Of a stretch of 64,000 nt of DNA, positions 61,967-64,000 are shown one piece after another (position 1 is the stretch's first letter; each line of letters starts with the position of its first letter). The stretch is taken from contig NW_024704758.1 of assembly GCF_018977255.1 (NCBI RefSeq), positions 2,604,001 to 2,668,000 on the forward strand. Reading direction: 5' to 3'. The position numbers were made by a program, and so were the translations under genes. Below the pieces are notes generated by a model. That model made no database searches, was not told the origin of the DNA, and saw only the letters and a program-made list of their open reading frames with translations. This DNA is from Callorhinchus milii (lineage: Eukaryota).

Positions 61967-64000
61967 TATATATAAATTGAATGGGTAATAAAGAGTGGAG
62001 TCTTACTTTACATCGAGCCAGATTGTTATGATTTTAAGCGGGGATTGAGGCAGATTCCTTTTTAGAAAAGTTACAAATATTAAGAGCTTATACATAGCAT
62101 TTGTATCTACAGTCTCCTCGTTCATTTTGAGAATCAAACACAGAAAGGTAAATGGAAGTTTTACTGCGCTCAAAGTAGTTGCAATCAGCCCATACACAAA
62201 ATATCCAAACTTATAAGGGTTCAAACATTTGGTGGTAATCAGTTCTAGCTTTCACACCAAAAACCAAAGCTTGTCATATGAAACCAGTCTGTCATGGCTT
62301 TAACTTGTTATCCAACAAAAACAAATCAGCGAGTTTAAATACCATCAAACCATCTGCGATTGAATAAAGTAACACTGACAATGAGACACATTGTGAGCTG
62401 TTGAACGATAGTTCAACCAAGAGATCTGTGCTACTTTGGGTAACACAGCAGCTGTTGCGATGGGGGTTTAAAGCAAGCGAATGGGTTTCAATCCAACTCA
62501 TTGCCATGACATGATCAGCCAACAGCAGGTGGCGAGGACTTAGTTGCCAGCAGTTTGAGCAGCAACGCGCCCTCGAGCTGCTCGCAGTTGAAGGGAACCA
62601 CATGATACGCTCTGACCTCATGTCTATTCTTAACTTGAGTTAGGAGCAGTGAGACACCATTTTAGAGATTTGGCATTACCCAATATCAAGCGCTCTGGCA
62701 CGCTACTCTGCGTGAGGGCGGGGAGGGGCTAGATAAATGCAAGTTGTTGTTGTTCCTGCTGGCAAAATTAAGAGTGAAAAAAGTACCTTGATTTTCCTTC
62801 TTTCGGAGTCGGTCTTAGTTGCCCACGCACTGAGGCTGATCGTGTGGCCAGGATGGTGCTAACATTGCACTCAGCAAGTTGACCAGTGGAGTATATCATT
62901 GGCATAATTTCCCCAGGGTCTTGCTTCAGTAGCTTAGACCTGAATGACGCTGTAACCCTCTGCATCACTCCTCTGCTTTTCCAAAGATCCTTCCAAAAGT
63001 TTCTAACAAGTGAGGTTTACAGTTCACAGTAAATAATGGGAACTCAAATTCATTCCCAATACGCCCATTGCAGATCTGGATTCCAATGCACAGACACAGA
63101 GAAAGACAAGAAACAAGGCTTCCCCTTATGCTTTGATCCAACTCGAGTGCTAAATTTTCCAACCATCGCAAGGTATCCAATGCAATCAGTGACTGTTCAG
63201 GGAGTTTCAGGTTCACCACATGTGGTTTTTAAACCACTGCCACCTGGGTTCAAATCAAGGTCCTGATGAACTGTGTCATCTATAAAGTTAAATTGGAGAA
63301 GTTCTATAATCTCTGAGCACAAAGCTGTCAATAATTTGGATTCTCATTCGGTTTACTGGACTTGTGGAGTCCTGTAGAGTAGTGGTTAGAGCACTCACCT
63401 CGCAAGCAAGAGAACCCGGATTCAATTCCTGGGTGGGGTGATACCTTAGGCAAGTTTCCTTTCCAACACGTCCCTGTTTATCCAGTAGTAAGTAGGAACC
63501 CAGTTATTAGTCGATTGTCAGATCACTTTCTGGGAGTAATAATCCCCCCCAAAATGTGATCACTTACTCTCCATGACGGTTTGTGGGACACTGCTGTGCG
63601 CAATCGGCTACCACGTTTCACCCACAAAATACACAGTCAATCAACTTTTCAATCTATTTCTGTGAAGCGCTTTGAGACGTCTCAACGATGCAACAAGGCT
63701 CTATATCGAATGCAAGGTTCATTATCATTTATAACTCTCCTCTGAGTCTACCGAGGATAAACAAAGCATTTCCAATAAAACATACGGTATTTCCAATCAA
63801 GAATCTACCACTTTAAAACACTTAAAAGTTTATTTTTTTTGACAACTTTTATTTCGCCCTCCCTCCTCCAAGGAGACTTAAGCCCAAATATTCTTGCTGA
63901 AATCTACCACAGCCCATGTTTACCGTTTTCAGAACCAGCAAATTGCATCAAACCGAGCAAAAAAAAACCCCACATTTTTTTGAAAGTCGTGAGAGTTTGC

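Noticed and set aside
61970-63300. Minus-strand ORFs as possible PSMD13 or other neighbouring-gene exons
   Set aside because: Translations show no recognisable homology.

Overview
Vertebrate genomic DNA, intron-rich and dense in SINEs and LINEs. The dominant tRNA-headed SINE with a Deu-type core and L2/CR1-like tail, plus CR1 and L2 fragments, points to a cartilaginous fish (inference). All genes I can support are on the + strand. (1) An IFITM/dispanin (CD225) cluster at about 5-32.5 kb: three complete two-exon genes and one orphan terminal exon whose exon 1 is not visible; assembly gaps lie just upstream of it. (2) A 10-coding-exon Ldh_2-family (AllD/YiaK/ComC/DpkA-type) NAD(P)-dependent oxidoreductase at about 45.7-53.4 kb, a family not known to me from mammals. 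(3) A two-exon cytochrome c oxidase subunit 8 gene (COX8B-like by synteny) at 55.7-60.7 kb, with a 2.2-kb G-rich minisatellite in its intron. The IFITM-COX8 linkage mirrors the human 11p15.5 neighbourhood, but here the Ldh_2 gene sits where NLRP6/PGGHG lie in human. Most of the supplied ORFs are repeat-derived artefacts. Repeat boundaries are approximate; exon boundaries were checked by GT/AG signals and reading-frame phase.
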